Notes: generated from the sequence alone by a model not told the origin. 33,000 bases of DNA from Octopus bimaculoides (GCF_001194135.2 NC_068981.1:172130162-172163161), one strand, 5' to 3'. Positions 1 through 12,049 are shown, numbered from the stretch's first letter. Made by a program: numbers and translations.

Positions 1-370
1 GGGGCTGGCTAACAACCCATGGAGAGGAGTAGAAATACAAAGTTTTCTGATAGCGCTATTCTTCATTTTGAAAGACAAAGATAGATACTGAGACATTGAA
101 ACGAAAGGATCGTAGCTGGACAGATTGTTTAGTTTGTGTTGGTAAAAAAAAAGAGCGCATCAGTGGGTCTGATGATAAATTTCAGCTTTTGCATAGTGTT
201 CAGGTTGTACCGAAAGAAGTTTAAATGATAGGTTAAATGATAGATTAATTAAATGATAGGCCCAACCTAGACCGTGCAAGACCGAAGAATCCTGTTCCTA
301 TTAATGGTGATGCTGTAATTTTATACATTAGGAAATTATTAATATATTTAATGGTAAAACAATCACTTAC

Positions 371-442
371 CCTAGGACGATAAAGACAATCTATATAATT
401 ATCTAGTTTAATCTCTAATGTAGTTCCCTTCACTACTTTGCC
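371..442 (-). CDS. Candidate isolated 72-nt coding exon (GKVVKGTTLEIKLDNYIDCLYRPR), product unknown
   Basis: Minus strand acceptor cattttcaag|GGC and strong donor AGG|gtaagt. Length is a multiple of 3 and only the phase-0 frame is open. No partner exon or protein family recognised. Confidence 0.33.
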
Positions 443-894
443 CTTGAAAATGTAATGAGCTATTATGGTATTGCGAAATATAAATTATGTGATGAAACAA
501 GAATTCAATAACCATATATATGTAACAATGACAAAATGCTTCATTGTTACAGGGGATCGGGGAACATTATGAAAAGTATGTCATTGTATCTAATAATCAA
601 ATTAAAACCTTCTGACGACGCTCTGACATTCCCCCTAAAGTAGTAACTACTACCAGTTCGACAGGTTTTTTGCTATGGCCGTCAACAAATCTTAATGTCG
701 GTCGTTGAATAAAATAGTTCACTTCTTCCAACTGATGTCTTTACGAGTGCACAATTGTATGGAGCCCTGTTAAGAGCTGTAAAGGATGCTGCAAGTATAG
801 CGACAATGTCGCAGAAAGTCAGAAACATGGTGTGTAGTTGTGTGTGTACGGTAAAATTTTCTCTAACCTTAACCTTTCTTAATTGTTTGAGTTC

Positions 895-1153
895 GTGATT
901 TCGGTTCCTGGACCGGGTGGTGCGCTGTTCTGGAGTAAAACACTTCATTTCATGTTGCTCGATGATAACTTCGACATGTGACATGTGACATATCGCACAC
1001 CTGTGCAGGCAATGTCGATTTGATGCAGAGAGAGAGAGTAAGCTTAAGTGGAGCACAAACATTCGATCACTATAAACAAAAATCATCTGTGCAGTATGTT
1101 CAACAAGAAATGGCGGAACACCTATCTGTCGTTTGCGGCAGGAGGAGAGTCCT

Positions 1154-1160
<7 letters not shown>
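895..1160 (+). mobile_element. Degraded SINE fragment (B-box and CORE-like segment plus diverged body)
   Basis: tcggttcctggaccgggtggtgcgctgttctggagtaaaacacttcatttcatgttgctc resembles the head of the minus-strand SINE at 17600-17894 (gtgttgtgtcc...cactttatttcacattgctc). Confidence 0.5.
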
Positions 1161-1187
<27 letters not shown>

Positions 1188-1643
1188 AATCTCTGAACGA
1201 GATATAGACAGTAGCTGCACGGCACCGTGAAGTATATTTGCCACTTAAATGTGATTAATCACTAAGGGTGGATGCTACTGTAGCTTGTAGCCCCAGGAGT
1301 ACACCTCTTCCTGCTGGCTATTGACACACTTTCTGTGCCCTATCAGTATTATAAATATATATATATATATATATATATAAACAGATGTACGTATATATTG
1401 TAGATATGTATGTATATACTTATATACATGTATGTGCATGTATGTATGTATGTATGCATGTGTGTATATAAAGTATCATACCTTGATACTATGGGGACTG
1501 GGCAGAAATGTTTATGATAAGTTATAAGTTGAACCCGGTACTTGGCTATGTGACCATCTCAGTTGACACCCTTTTGTGATAGGGTATGATTTTGAAGAAA
1601 TTAGGTTGCTCATGTAGAAGGTCACTCTTTGATTCATCTACAC

Positions 1644-1928
1644 TAGTGGTTCCCAAAGTGGGCGGTACTCCTCCCCTGTGAGCAGTGGAAAAATCCAGGG
1701 GGAGTTGAAGAAAAGTCGGGTGATAATGGGTTGACCAAAAGCGGGCGATGGATGCGGAGACAACAAAATAATGGATTAATTAGGTTAAGTTTTATTTGTG
1801 AAATACGATTGTTTTGAATTTGCTGTTGAAAGTGATCTATATTTACGGTGCTGAGTTGGGGTGGGAGCGCTAGGAATGTGTCCCAAGTGCCAAGGGGATA
1901 GCAGCCCAAAAAGGTTTGGGAACCATTG
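1644..1928. mobile_element. hAT (Charlie/Buster-like) MITE, 285 bp
   Basis: TIRs tagtggttcccaaa and tttgggaaccattg (family consensus CAGTGGTTCCCAAA). 8-bp TSD atctacac (1636-1643) and gtctacac (1929-1936), 7/8 match and fitting NTCTANAN. Confidence 0.85.
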
Positions 1929-2079
1929 GTCTACACTGACTTTTTGCCACTATACCGTTGAGAGCTAAGTATTTGAGTGTAGACGCGGCTCGGCATTGGT
2001 GACTACGCACACCGCTATATCTTTGTCTACTGTCAGTCACTAATCCACCCGACCATCTACAATTTTCACTATTTATCTA

Positions 2080-2080
<1 letters not shown>

Positions 2081-2139
<59 letters not shown>
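2081..2139. repeat. (TAGA)n microsatellite, about 15 units
   Basis: Direct reading. Confidence 0.98.
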
Positions 2140-2218
2140 GGGAGAGAAAGTGGAGGAGTAATAAGGAGGGAGAAAAGAATGAGGAGGGGATGAGAAAGTA
2201 GAGGATGAAGAGCAAAAG

Positions 2219-2330
2219 AAGGAGGGGAAGAAGAGGAGGGGAAGAAGAGGAGGGGAAGAAGAGGAGGGGAAGAAGAGGAGGGGAAGAAGAGGAGGGGAAG
2301 AAGAGGAGGGGAAGAAGAGGAGGGGAAGAA
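2219..2330. repeat. 14-bp purine minisatellite (GAGGAGGGGAAGAA) x about 8, inside a roughly 210-bp purine-rich tract
   Basis: Seven perfect units at 2233-2330 plus one near-perfect unit upstream. Confidence 0.97.
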
Positions 2331-2899
2331 GAGGAGGAAAGAGGAGGAAGACTATTTAGTTCATCTTCAGACAGACTTTAAATGATAACATGTCAGATTC
2401 GCCAAAATTTTAATGTTTATATTAGTAACTCCTCTTACAATCCAACAATCTCACACACACACATTCTCCCCCCCCCCATCTCTATTTCTCTCTCTCTCTC
2501 TCTCTTTCTCTTTCTCTACTTCTCTTTCTTTCTTACTTTCTGAAAATTACATACACTAGCAGCTGATTTTGAAAAATACAAACAATAGCACCATTCTGGC
2601 TACCAAACCAACCCAACACTAAGAATTACGCTACTTTATTTTCTAAAAATACGTCTTCCGAAACACATTGTATTTTAAGGTAACATTAATTGGTTTAATG
2701 TATTCAACTAAAAAGTAATGTGTGTGCGCGCGTGTGTGAATGTATGTTTGAAAGTGTGTGTTTGTTTGCTAGAGGAAGACAGAGAGACAGAGTGTTCATT
2801 CAGTTTAGTCAGTCTTTCCTATTTACATATTGTTCTTGCTACAGAGTGAGTCGAACAAAAATACTTGTGGCTTTCAGTGTGGTACAAGTTACGTTCCTT

Positions 2900-3035
2900 T
2901 ACTCCTTTGCTTTTGGTCACCTACGAGATCGATAAAATACGTATTAAACAAGTACGGGATATAATAGACTAAAATCCTTAGAGGTAGTGCACGTGCACGC
3001 CGCAATCCAATGACTGAAACCAGTGAAAAAAGAAA
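2900..3035 (+). mobile_element. Old SINE 3' tail fragment (same family as 12440-12830)
   Basis: gagatcgataaaatacgta...gccgcaatccaatgactgaaaccagtgaaa resembles the recalled octopus SINE tail ending atgactgaaacaagtaaaag. Confidence 0.45.
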
Positions 3036-3089
3036 AACCAATTAATCTGGATACATCAAAAGAAAAAGTGGAGCATATGAAAGAATATG

Positions 3090-4354
3090 TATGAGAACCG
3101 TCCAAAAAGAAACCGAACGTTTTAGAAAAACCAGTTCATTGATTTCTTTACAATTTTTTCACATTTACCACCTTCAGAATTGTTTCCGCCACTGTTGTTG
3201 ATACACAGCTCCTAACTATTTGTAAGCACATTTTCATGGATAGTATGTAGTTCACACAATGAATTTCCTTCTGTCTTTTGTCATCATAAATCCACGAGAT
3301 TTGAGGACGGATTTAAAATATGGGGATCAAACAGAAAATCTTCATTGGCCAAACCCAGAGAGTAGAGTGGCTGGAGGATGTGGGTTAGCTGGTGCTTTCC
3401 AAAAAAAGTCATGGATTAAGAGATATGCATGAGCACGTGCGTTGTCGTGGTGTTTCATTCCGATTTTTTTTCTCCATGTTTCCTTATCGAAGCCTCATCC
3501 TTCGCAATGCATCTTACACATTCTCTAGAACATTCAAGTAAAACGCTTTATTGATCGTCTAGCCATGTGGGACAGACTCATTACGCACGACACCTTTCCA
3601 ATAAAAAATAAACTCACAATAGCACCTTTACGTTTGAGCAATTTAACGTATCTATTACGTCTTGATGATGATGATTCACCTATTGGGAAGACTTCATTTT
3701 TGTTTCACCATTGCTGTGCACCACACAATGCGTCATCTTTCATTTATACCTTGCAGAAAGTTTTCATCAGCATTCGCAGCCCAAGCAGCTTCTGACTATA
3801 GTAATTCAGTTCCCTTTTTGTTCATCTGTCAGCAGTCGATATGAACTTTATAGCAACACGATACATCTTCAATTTTTCTATTAAAATTATGTGGTCCAAA
3901 CTTTTATAAAGTTTACTATTGCGGGGACGATTTTCACGGAATACAACTTGCACTTTCGCAATGTGATCGTTGTCCATTGTTGCGAAAGGTAGTCCACATT
4001 AGAGATTGCCTATGGTGAATGTTCTTCGCGGCTTAAAATGCCAGTACCTCTCGTGACATTTGATATGACTCAATCTTTCTATAGGCGTATTGCAACATAA
4101 GAAAAGTCCCTATAAAGGTTTCCTAATTTCAAACAGAACTCCACACAAACTCGCTGCTCTTTCCAAACCTTCATTGTTCAGTTTAGACAAATCGCTTAGT
4201 GCAGGTATAGATAGATAACTAACTATGATGTGGTGTAGCTATTGTTAGACTTGCGTGTAACGTCACCCAAACACAGTGCAGTTTTCACGAGGACGCTCTG
4301 CCAGCTGGTTGGTGCGCTGTTTTAAAAATTGTTTCTTTTTCGACAGACTTCGTA
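3090..4354 (-). mobile_element. Full-length (about 1.27 kb) decayed mariner transposon with a transposase pseudogene (ATG at 4174, many stops and frameshifts)
   Basis: TIRs TATGAGAACCGTCCAAAAAGAAAC and, reverse-complemented, TACGAAGTCTGTCGAAAAAGAAAC (18/24), with TA at both ends. Minus-strand translation gives mariner motifs: KEQRVCVEFCLKLG, DHIAKV..FRENR, EKLKMYRVA.KF..LLTDEQK, HHDNARAH, and YSLGLANEDFLF (equivalent to YSPDLAPxDFxLF). Confidence 0.92.
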
Positions 4355-6714
4355 TATTAAACAACTGAGCTTGCGAAAGAATGTGCACAAGAAAACTAGA
4401 AGAAAATAGAAGCACATGCGTAATATCCTGAATACTAATTTATAGTGGTAAGTAACAGAAAGTTAATCGTCATTACTTTTCTGTGTGTAACTTAGATGTT
4501 CATTACCACTTGGTTGACGTGAGCTCTTTTTAAAAGCTCCATGTTACGTTTCAAAAAGTGTCCTCGTATTTATTTATAGATGATCGACTAAAGAGGTGAA
4601 TCTATTGTATTAATAAGCAATAAATCCTTTAAATAATTTTATAGTGAGGGAAAACATAATGTTCATCCTTTCTCAAACGAAATAAATAACATCAAACTAA
4701 ATATCGAAACAAGGTAACATATTCTTGTTAGGAAAAAAGCATTAGAAATTTGTTTTAACAATGTGAAGTATTAGTCGGTTTATAATTAGGAAACATTTAT
4801 TTGAGAAACAGGAGGTTAACATTTGTATGGAATTCCCTCTACGGGGATAAACATGCAAATGGATATACATGATGATGTAAATATACAATCAATACTAAAG
4901 ACATTTTAAAAAGAAACTTGATGCTGACATAGATACTACATTGATTTATTTCAGTTATTTAAAAATTCAAGGAATGCAACGTAGCAATAATCTTGACAAC
5001 TACTTGTGATAAGACGGGGAAAAAAGTGATAAATTAGAAGTTAATCCTACTGTTAATTGTATCACGTCTTATATGTTATAGCTTGACAGGAGACAGAGGA
5101 GAAACCTAGTCATCAGAATATCTGGTTTATTTTCAAGGCCAAGAAACAGTAACAGTAGAGCAAGCGTAGATAAAGCAAGACACGTTTATTGATTGAATGA
5201 GAACTTCATGCTTGACAGTTATATGGATATGTGTTTTTCGAAACAGATAGCACTTTATTGAAACGAATAATGTAATCAGCTATTTTATGATCACGTGGAC
5301 ATGTTCCCCTTCTACATGTGATTGCTCAACCTACAAGAAATAACTACCTAATATCTCTCGAATCACAAATTGGACAAAACAATTAGGTTGGTCATGGCTA
5401 GAACGTCTTTTCTCAGGCTATCTGCGGGGATAAACAACAACGGTCATAATATAATAATTGAAGACAATTTGGAATATTAGTATTTGGCAATATTACAGTA
5501 TTAAATAAACCGAAAATTTTTTAAACATGCTTTAAGTCTGTTAATTACGAAAATTGACAAAAGTCTTTATTCAGGAAAAATTTTCATGGCATTGATTGAA
5601 CTGATGGATTTCCAGAGTACAATACGGAGGTACAATATTCAACGGTTCATTGTTGTACTCAATTTCATCAATTTATCTTATTTTACATTTATTGATAATT
5701 TTCTGGTTGGTTGTGATATTTGATAACTTTCAATTGCATTGTATTCTTAATATTCCAGCATGTAACAAAACAGAAAAATATTGTGTTTACTTTATGAAGC
5801 ATAACAATAGTTTATTGACGAGTTAATATGTGCTATTTGCCAAGAATGTAACACCGGTAAATCCAGTATTCAATGACATAGTAGTATCTATAATTTAAAA
5901 AAAACAGCGTTGAGTATGGTTTGTTTTCTGCATTGTTGAAATTTCTCATTTTTCTCTACAACATCCAAAACTGTGTTCTGTAGCCTCATTTTAAATACGT
6001 CAATGTTATATAGAAATGTCGAAGAAATAGAATAATTACATTCTTCATAAAACCATGCGATTTTTCCATTTCCAATACAAATTATGCAACAGTACAATCA
6101 CGAGTAAAGTATAAACTTCGTTAATATAGTTTCTCTATTCCATTCCAGAATTGAAATTTAACCAATACACGACACTTCACGGTTCCTGGTGCTCCTCACA
6201 GAATTCTAGTCTAAATATTGGAATCTATTTAGTTGGTTTATTCACGAGTTCAGTGGTCTTCCGCCCTACTAAAAGTAGTAGCCAAATCTCCCTCAAATCA
6301 TACCTTGCTTTGTTTTAATATTTATAATATAATCTTGGCTCCTCAATACTTCCTCAATACCTGTAAAAATATGTAGTGGACTTTAATCATAGGCCTGCTT
6401 CATCAGAGCTGATATGGGATTAAACAACATTAACTACAAAAATGTAGAGAAATGTTACTTGTCTCTTGAAATTTCATAACCACACTATGAAGTATTCTAG
6501 TTCGTATATTTATACAAATGCAACCATACTAATCTAGTTGAAACAAACTATCATTCATGGAAAAAAACTCTCCTTATTTTAAAGAAAACAAGAATAGAAA
6601 GTCGATCCATGTGTTTGGATACAAATGTATCCAAACGCATGAGTCGACTTTCAATATTTCATTCTGAAACTTCATTAAATTCACGTTTTTCATTTTTTTG
6701 CTCTGTTATTTATG

Positions 6715-6715
<1 letters not shown>

Positions 6716-6782
<67 letters not shown>

Positions 6783-6791
6783 GCGCGTGTA
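6716..6791. repeat. (TG)n grading into (CG)n; uninterrupted alternating purine-pyrimidine tract
   Basis: Direct reading. Confidence 0.97.
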
Positions 6792-7329
6792 AATAAAAAC
6801 GCAAATGTGACAATGTAGTCTACATAATGGGTTAGAATATTTGTCATTGTGAGATGAAGTACCGATAAAATCTGTTAGTCTTTTATATCAAACATAGCCA
6901 TTAGAAATTCGTGAATATCGAAATTATCACGAAATGGTTAATGGATGGTACTACTTTCTCTCTTCAAATGACACAAATTATCAAAGACTATATTGACTTC
7001 AAGCTATATGCACAGTTTGCAAAGTTCCTAATTCACTATCTCTTGAATAGTATTATATTATTATATACTACATGAAAGAAGCTGGTTTATTCGATACAGC
7101 GCCTTCTTTATCTTTTTCTGTGAGTTAAAAGCATGTTGATTATAATTTCCTTTTCAGTATTCCGAGGTCGACCAAATTTAGTGGATTTATTTAAACGATG
7201 GTATGTTTCAGCAGTAAAATTATACTTCTAACAAATATGCAAAGTATCATGTTTTGTTTTGGAAGACAAAATCAAATAAGGCGGTACAGTGTCCATGACG
7301 ATTGAAGGATCTCTGACACTAGTGAGACT

Positions 7330-8256
7330 GATGTAGTTAATGTTCTCCAAGAAAATCAGGCCGATGTCATTAGCGAAATATAAGAGGGTAGGAAATTTTA
7401 GAGGATTAGCGTTCCGGGTAGAAAGGATTGGGCGAAGTCTTTCTTATTTGAGGAGGTGAGGGAGAGCGAATAAGATTGAGAAAGAATGAGTGGAACAAAC
7501 GAGTCTTGACGGGAAGGGCATGGAGAAGGACAGTTTAGAGAAGCAGAGTTTATTGCAGTAGCCATATGAAAAGCATGCAAAAGAAAGACGAGAAGTTAAA
7601 ACATATTGTGATTGAGTCGAAATTTTTTCAGTTAGTCGAATGGCTTTTTTTTTTTGATGTGGTTGAATATGTATAATAGTAGCACTCCTCATATAAGCAA
7701 GCAGTAATCTAATGTGGGTTCTAGTTACATGCTATTCGATTTTTATGGTTGGTAGGATAACAATATTGTTTTCTTTGTGTGTGTAATGATGGTATCTGTT
7801 AAAAGAAATAAGATCGGCATGATCCCACTGGATAATTTTTTAGAGATTTCTGCCCATGGAATCAGTGAATGTCTGGTGTGAAGTATCTAGATTGCATATG
7901 GTTGACACTGGGGAATGGAAGGGATAGCCTCTGTGCAGGCGTTGTTCGAAGTAACAACAAAAACGTTACTGTATAGAAGGAAGAATATGGGAACGAAATC
8001 GATCCCTGGTGGTCATTATATTTGACAGACTGTGTCAGAACTCCATCAACACACGCCGTAGCTATGATACTGATAGGAATCTGATACTGATAGAAGCGTG
8101 TAGTTTTGTGAAGAGATGTTTATATCAGATAGGATCCAATGATTGCTGATGTCAAATAAGAACGACGGGATCGTAGTTAGCAGTGTGGAGGAGGTTTAGG
8201 TTTTTTAGGAATGGGACGCATTATCACATGTTTCCAAAGATTTGGATTAAATTCCT

Positions 8257-8316
<60 letters not shown>

Positions 8317-9320
8317 AGGCGTTTGGGTGGATATGAGTTAACTCTAGAGTGCATTGCTTGAGTGTCACGAAGGCCTGGTCGCCTTGTGAGACTGGAACAA
8401 TCCGAGTAGCTTTCGCGCTTGTTGACTATGTGCATGTGAGGCCGTGAAACAAGAGGAATGAAGGAAAGCTTGGAACGATTTTACTGATCGACAGTTAAAT
8501 GTGTTTGCTAGTTTGTTTGTTTGTTTGTTTTCTGCAGGATTAAATATATTTGAGCAGTTTTAGTTGCTGAAAGGATTCAACAAAATAGAAATTCTTTTTA
8601 CAAGGAACCAGCAATTTTTCTTGCAGCAGTCTTAGTGACTATTTCCAAGAGTTTAATGAATTGTTCTTTAATCATACCGCTACGAGCAAAACCGTTTAGT
8701 GCATTTAGTGTTATGAGTTTTGGCTGTGTGGGGATTGTGAAGTTACATGTATGGAATATTGTTTCGATCACTTGCCTAGCTATCTCAAATGGCTCAGTGG
8801 TGAAATACATTTGCTGTCAGTGTGTGTTAAGTACCAGAGAGTACATAGTGAAGACGCTCGGATAATTATAGGCGTGTTGCTTTGAGTGGTAATGATCTGA
8901 TGATGATGTTGACGCAACAGTTATTCTTGTTTACAGATGGATAAGATATGGAGATAATTTTGTAAATTGCTGTTTATGAAAGATATAGGTAGGTACGGGT
9001 ACTTATTGTTGCATACGGGTCAGAGTGGAAAAGGCATGTACACCTTGAGTATCAGTAAGAGAGAAGTTAAAGAACCAGGAGCTGTTCTGTTTCATTATAG
9101 TTTCTAGGTGCGTTAACTTCATAGATGTGTGATATAAGATATTTTTGCAATGTAAGAAGTCGGTCAAATAGGTGACTGTTTGTGGAGAACGTTGGTAAGT
9201 GGTAGCAACAGCAGATGAACTTAGAAGAATAGGAAAGAGAAAATGTGTGCCAGAGTTAATGTTGTTGAAATCCATGTAGCATAAATGAATGCTGTAATGA
9301 CTAAATTCTACGTATGCAGA
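7330..9320 (-). mobile_element. Decayed, internally deleted non-LTR retrotransposon (CR1/L2-group LINE): APE endonuclease and RT remnants
   Basis: Minus strand endonuclease-like segments YQRSP, SWFFNFSLTDTQGVHAF and SSDH (8880-9300). RT-like segments LWKHVIMRPIPKK (about 8190-8250) and PQGSI..PIFFLLY (about 7975-8012). C-terminal YGYCNKL and SFLPGTLIL (7400-7580). Interrupted by (GTA)20 and (TTTG)n. Confidence 0.75.
8257..8316. repeat. (GTA)20 microsatellite inside the LINE
   Basis: Direct reading; it explains the poly-L and poly-T ORFs in the track. Confidence 0.98.
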
Positions 9321-9822
9321 CATCACTTTTCGAAGCATATTTAAAAACCAGTACCAGTTTCTATATGACTGTAGAAACTATATTCTTGTATGTGAATATA
9401 TATTTACTTACGACTAGTAGTCGGTTGAATAGCAAAAATGTTGTTATGGACAAAAACTTCTATTTTGATTTTAAGAAATGTTGTAAAAGGAACGCTCAAT
9501 TCGTAGCTTATTTTCTAGACTGTCTATACTGCGTAAAACATTGCTACAATCACAAAAAAAAACTATACGTATATATATAAATATATATATATATATATAN
9601 NNNNNNNNNGCTCAATTCGTAGCTTATTTTCTAGACTGTCTATACTGCGTAAAACATTGCTACAATCACAAAAAAAAACTATACGTATATATATAAATGG
9701 GTGTGTGTGTATATAGAGAGACAGAGAAAGAGAGTGAGATTTGTGTGTGTGTGTACATACGTGTGTATGTGCGTGTGTGTGTGCGTTCATGCATGTATGT
9801 ATGTATGTATGTAAATCCGCAT

Positions 9823-9854
<32 letters not shown>

Positions 9855-10051
9855 ACACACACACAGAGACAGACAGACAGACAGATAGATAAATACATAC
9901 ATACATAAATGAAGCATACAGGAATAGTGGACTCTCCTCTCCAATACGATTAGATAACATTGAAGACACTAAAAGAAACATGAGTGGAAATATTTTAAGA
10001 TACAAGCCAGCATTTAATTTAGTAATAAGAACTATTATAGTTATTCCTTAA

Positions 10052-10444
10052 CCCCTTCAATCACAGATAAAAAAAGTAAAACAGTTTTTAAAATTTTCAT
10101 TTTCTATTTATACCAAAATAGAGGTCAATAATACATATTAAGTAAATTTTCAAAGAATTCAGTATTCAATATGCTTAATTTTTGTCATGGATATAGAAAG
10201 ATTTTGCTAACACTAGGTAAAAAAAAAAATACCAATTTACTTACATTTGTGAGATTTACGAGAAGACGCAGCCATCCTCTATGACTTGTGAGCAAACACG
10301 GAGTCAGAATCACGTGGTCTTGGTTATATATGCGTTTTAGAGGTGTTTAATTAATTGGTAGCTGTGACTCAATTACAAATTTTATCTTTTTGGTAATTTA
10401 AACTGAAAAATTGTCCAATACATTGGATAAAGTGACTGAAGGGG
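10052..10444. mobile_element. piggyBac-like MITE, 393 bp, TTAA target site duplication
   Basis: TTAA|CCCCTTCAATCAC (10048-10064) and GTGACTGAAGGGG|TTAA (10432-10448). The 13-bp TIR matches 12/13 and both TTAA are intact. Confidence 0.85.
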
Positions 10445-10699
10445 TTAATTTTGCCGGAACACATGCATAGTAAGATATTGAATAGGAACTCTGTTAAGAT
10501 TAGTTAAGGTTCAGCCCAAAAAGATTTCGAGTGATATATCAGAGGTTATAATGCAGCAAGGCTGAATGAAGCAGTGCAGCTGACCAACTACAATCATCAA
10601 TCTTCAAAATTCATGGGTTGGTAACAGTTTAGCAAACTCGGCAGTAGAGTCGCTAAATTAGAAACAAACAAGAGAGATGAATCAAAACTGTAAATTGGA

Positions 10700-10890
10700 G
10701 CAACTAAATTGAAGTTCAATAATGTATTTTATAAACGCATATATTCACTTCTCGGCTAAAAAGTAAATATTCGCTACTTTCTGTCGAAATTTATACGCTT
10801 TTTACCTGATACAAGTTTTTGCGAACAGACAGACAGTCAGGCGGACAAACCAACGCCCGCAAAAACATAACATCTTTGACGAAGGTAATA
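10700..10890 (+). mobile_element. Probable Helentron-associated non-autonomous element (HINE/DINE-1-like) 3' part
   Basis: (ACAG)n tract followed by aaaaacataacatctttgacgaaggtaataa, resembling the recalled terminal AAAACATAACCTCCTTGGCGGAGGTAA hairpin motif. The left boundary is uncertain. Confidence 0.45.
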
Positions 10891-10991
10891 ACGCGAATTG
10901 TAAGAGAAAACTATGCTGCCATTGTTGAAAGTCCATGTTCCAAGGAAAAAAAACAAAAATATAGGAAATAACACATGTTGTACTGTATATT

Positions 10992-11400
10992 TCCTAGCAG
11001 TGCCGTATGGCACCGTAAAATAATTCAACAAAACAAATATCATTGCAATAGATCTTATGGATTATTTTCATTTGTCCCTATCTCTAACGAAGTATTTAGA
11101 TATTATTCTAATAAAATACAAGATATTTTGACCATATTCCTGAATAAGCAAACAAATAGTAACTCACCTGTTTAGAGAAGTCATCTCCGCAGAGGATGTT
11201 TTTTCACATTAGCTGACAAACACACATGCTCACTCTCCCAAAGTCACACAGCTTCTAAACTATTGCATCATACATTGAGGCAAGAACCATTCCTGACATG
11301 TTCAATACATGTTCCATGGAAATTACTGTTCCTGTCGTTGTTATAGAGCTTTGTTTTTCTTTATACCTAATTTTTACGGTACCGTATGGCACCGCTAGGA
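10992..11400. mobile_element. MITE of about 409 bp with 28-bp TIRs, probably TTAA/piggyBac-like
   Basis: Left TCCTAGCAGTGCCGTATGGCACCGTAAAA versus right reverse complement TCCTAGCGGTGCCATACGGTACCGTAAAA (4 transition mismatches). TTAA follows the right end (11401-11404); the left flank is degenerate (tatt). Confidence 0.75.
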
Positions 11401-12049
11401 TTAAATGGGTTAAGATAATACTGGAAATAATGTACATCGAAAAATATATGATATAAGACTAGTATTTATTTTATATTAATAAACAGGTCACACAATCAGC
11501 AGTGACAATGCGTCAATGGAGATAAAGTATTTAATGAGAAGTTTGCGTCTCTGTAATTATATATCACGTTTGTAGTTTAAAAGAAAAAGAAATTACAACA
11601 ATGCAACTTCAGAATATATCACTCGAATATAATTGTTTCCAATTCATTATTTCCATATTATGTTCTCGATCCAATCATAAACAAAATTAAATTTAAAAAG
11701 CTGTTTCATATATTCCACAAATTCAATGCTTTTAATTAATTTCTTTTCGTTATTACTGTAGTTTTTTTTTTAATGTCGTCCTTTATTGCTGCTGCAACAC
11801 AATACCTTACACTGGCTTCGATGCTAGATATAAACCCACACAGTAATATAATAAAAGTAATATAATAAAAGATCGGTGTATTTTTTTCTGCTTGTCTAGT
11901 ATGCAATCAACAGTTCATAATATTCATAACAAACTAAAAATACCAACGATCCTTCAAACTAAAAATGAAAAACAAAAGAACCTTTTTTTATTGCATGCAG
12001 TTCACTATCAGCAATACATTATGGCAGAGATTGACCGAAACGGTGAAGC

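Noticed and set aside
682-1086. 134-aa minus ORF
   Set aside because: It overlaps a SINE fragment and a (GA)n run and has no recognisable domain.
5050-5640. Exon-like pieces (for example KIFMALIELMDFQSTIR at 5576-5630)
   Set aside because: Phases are incompatible with neighbouring candidates, and the region weakly resembles a decayed RTE RT (GQETV). Too degraded to call either way.
6305-6361. Minus-strand 57-nt exon candidate (IEEVLRSQDYIINIKTKQ) with tttttacag and AAG|gtatga signals
   Set aside because: The donor lies in gccaaatctccctcaaatcatacc, which I recognise as a common octopus repeat segment, and no phase-compatible partner exon was found. Not excluded, but unsupported.
7158-7200. 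Plus-strand 43-nt exon candidate (FRGRPNLVDLFKRW)
   Set aside because: Good splice signals, but it is isolated, has no recognised domain, and contains a SINE-like ccgaggtcgac word. Such pairs are expected by chance in 33 kb of AT-rich DNA.
9494-9698. Exact 89-bp direct duplication (9494-9582 and 9610-9698)
   Set aside because: The copies flank a 10-N gap and a (TA)n run, the typical pattern of overlapping contig ends. Most likely an assembly artefact.
11222-11250. KLCDFG kinase-like motif on the minus strand
   Set aside because: Immediately preceded by an in-frame stop, has no HRD or other kinase motifs, and lies inside a MITE.
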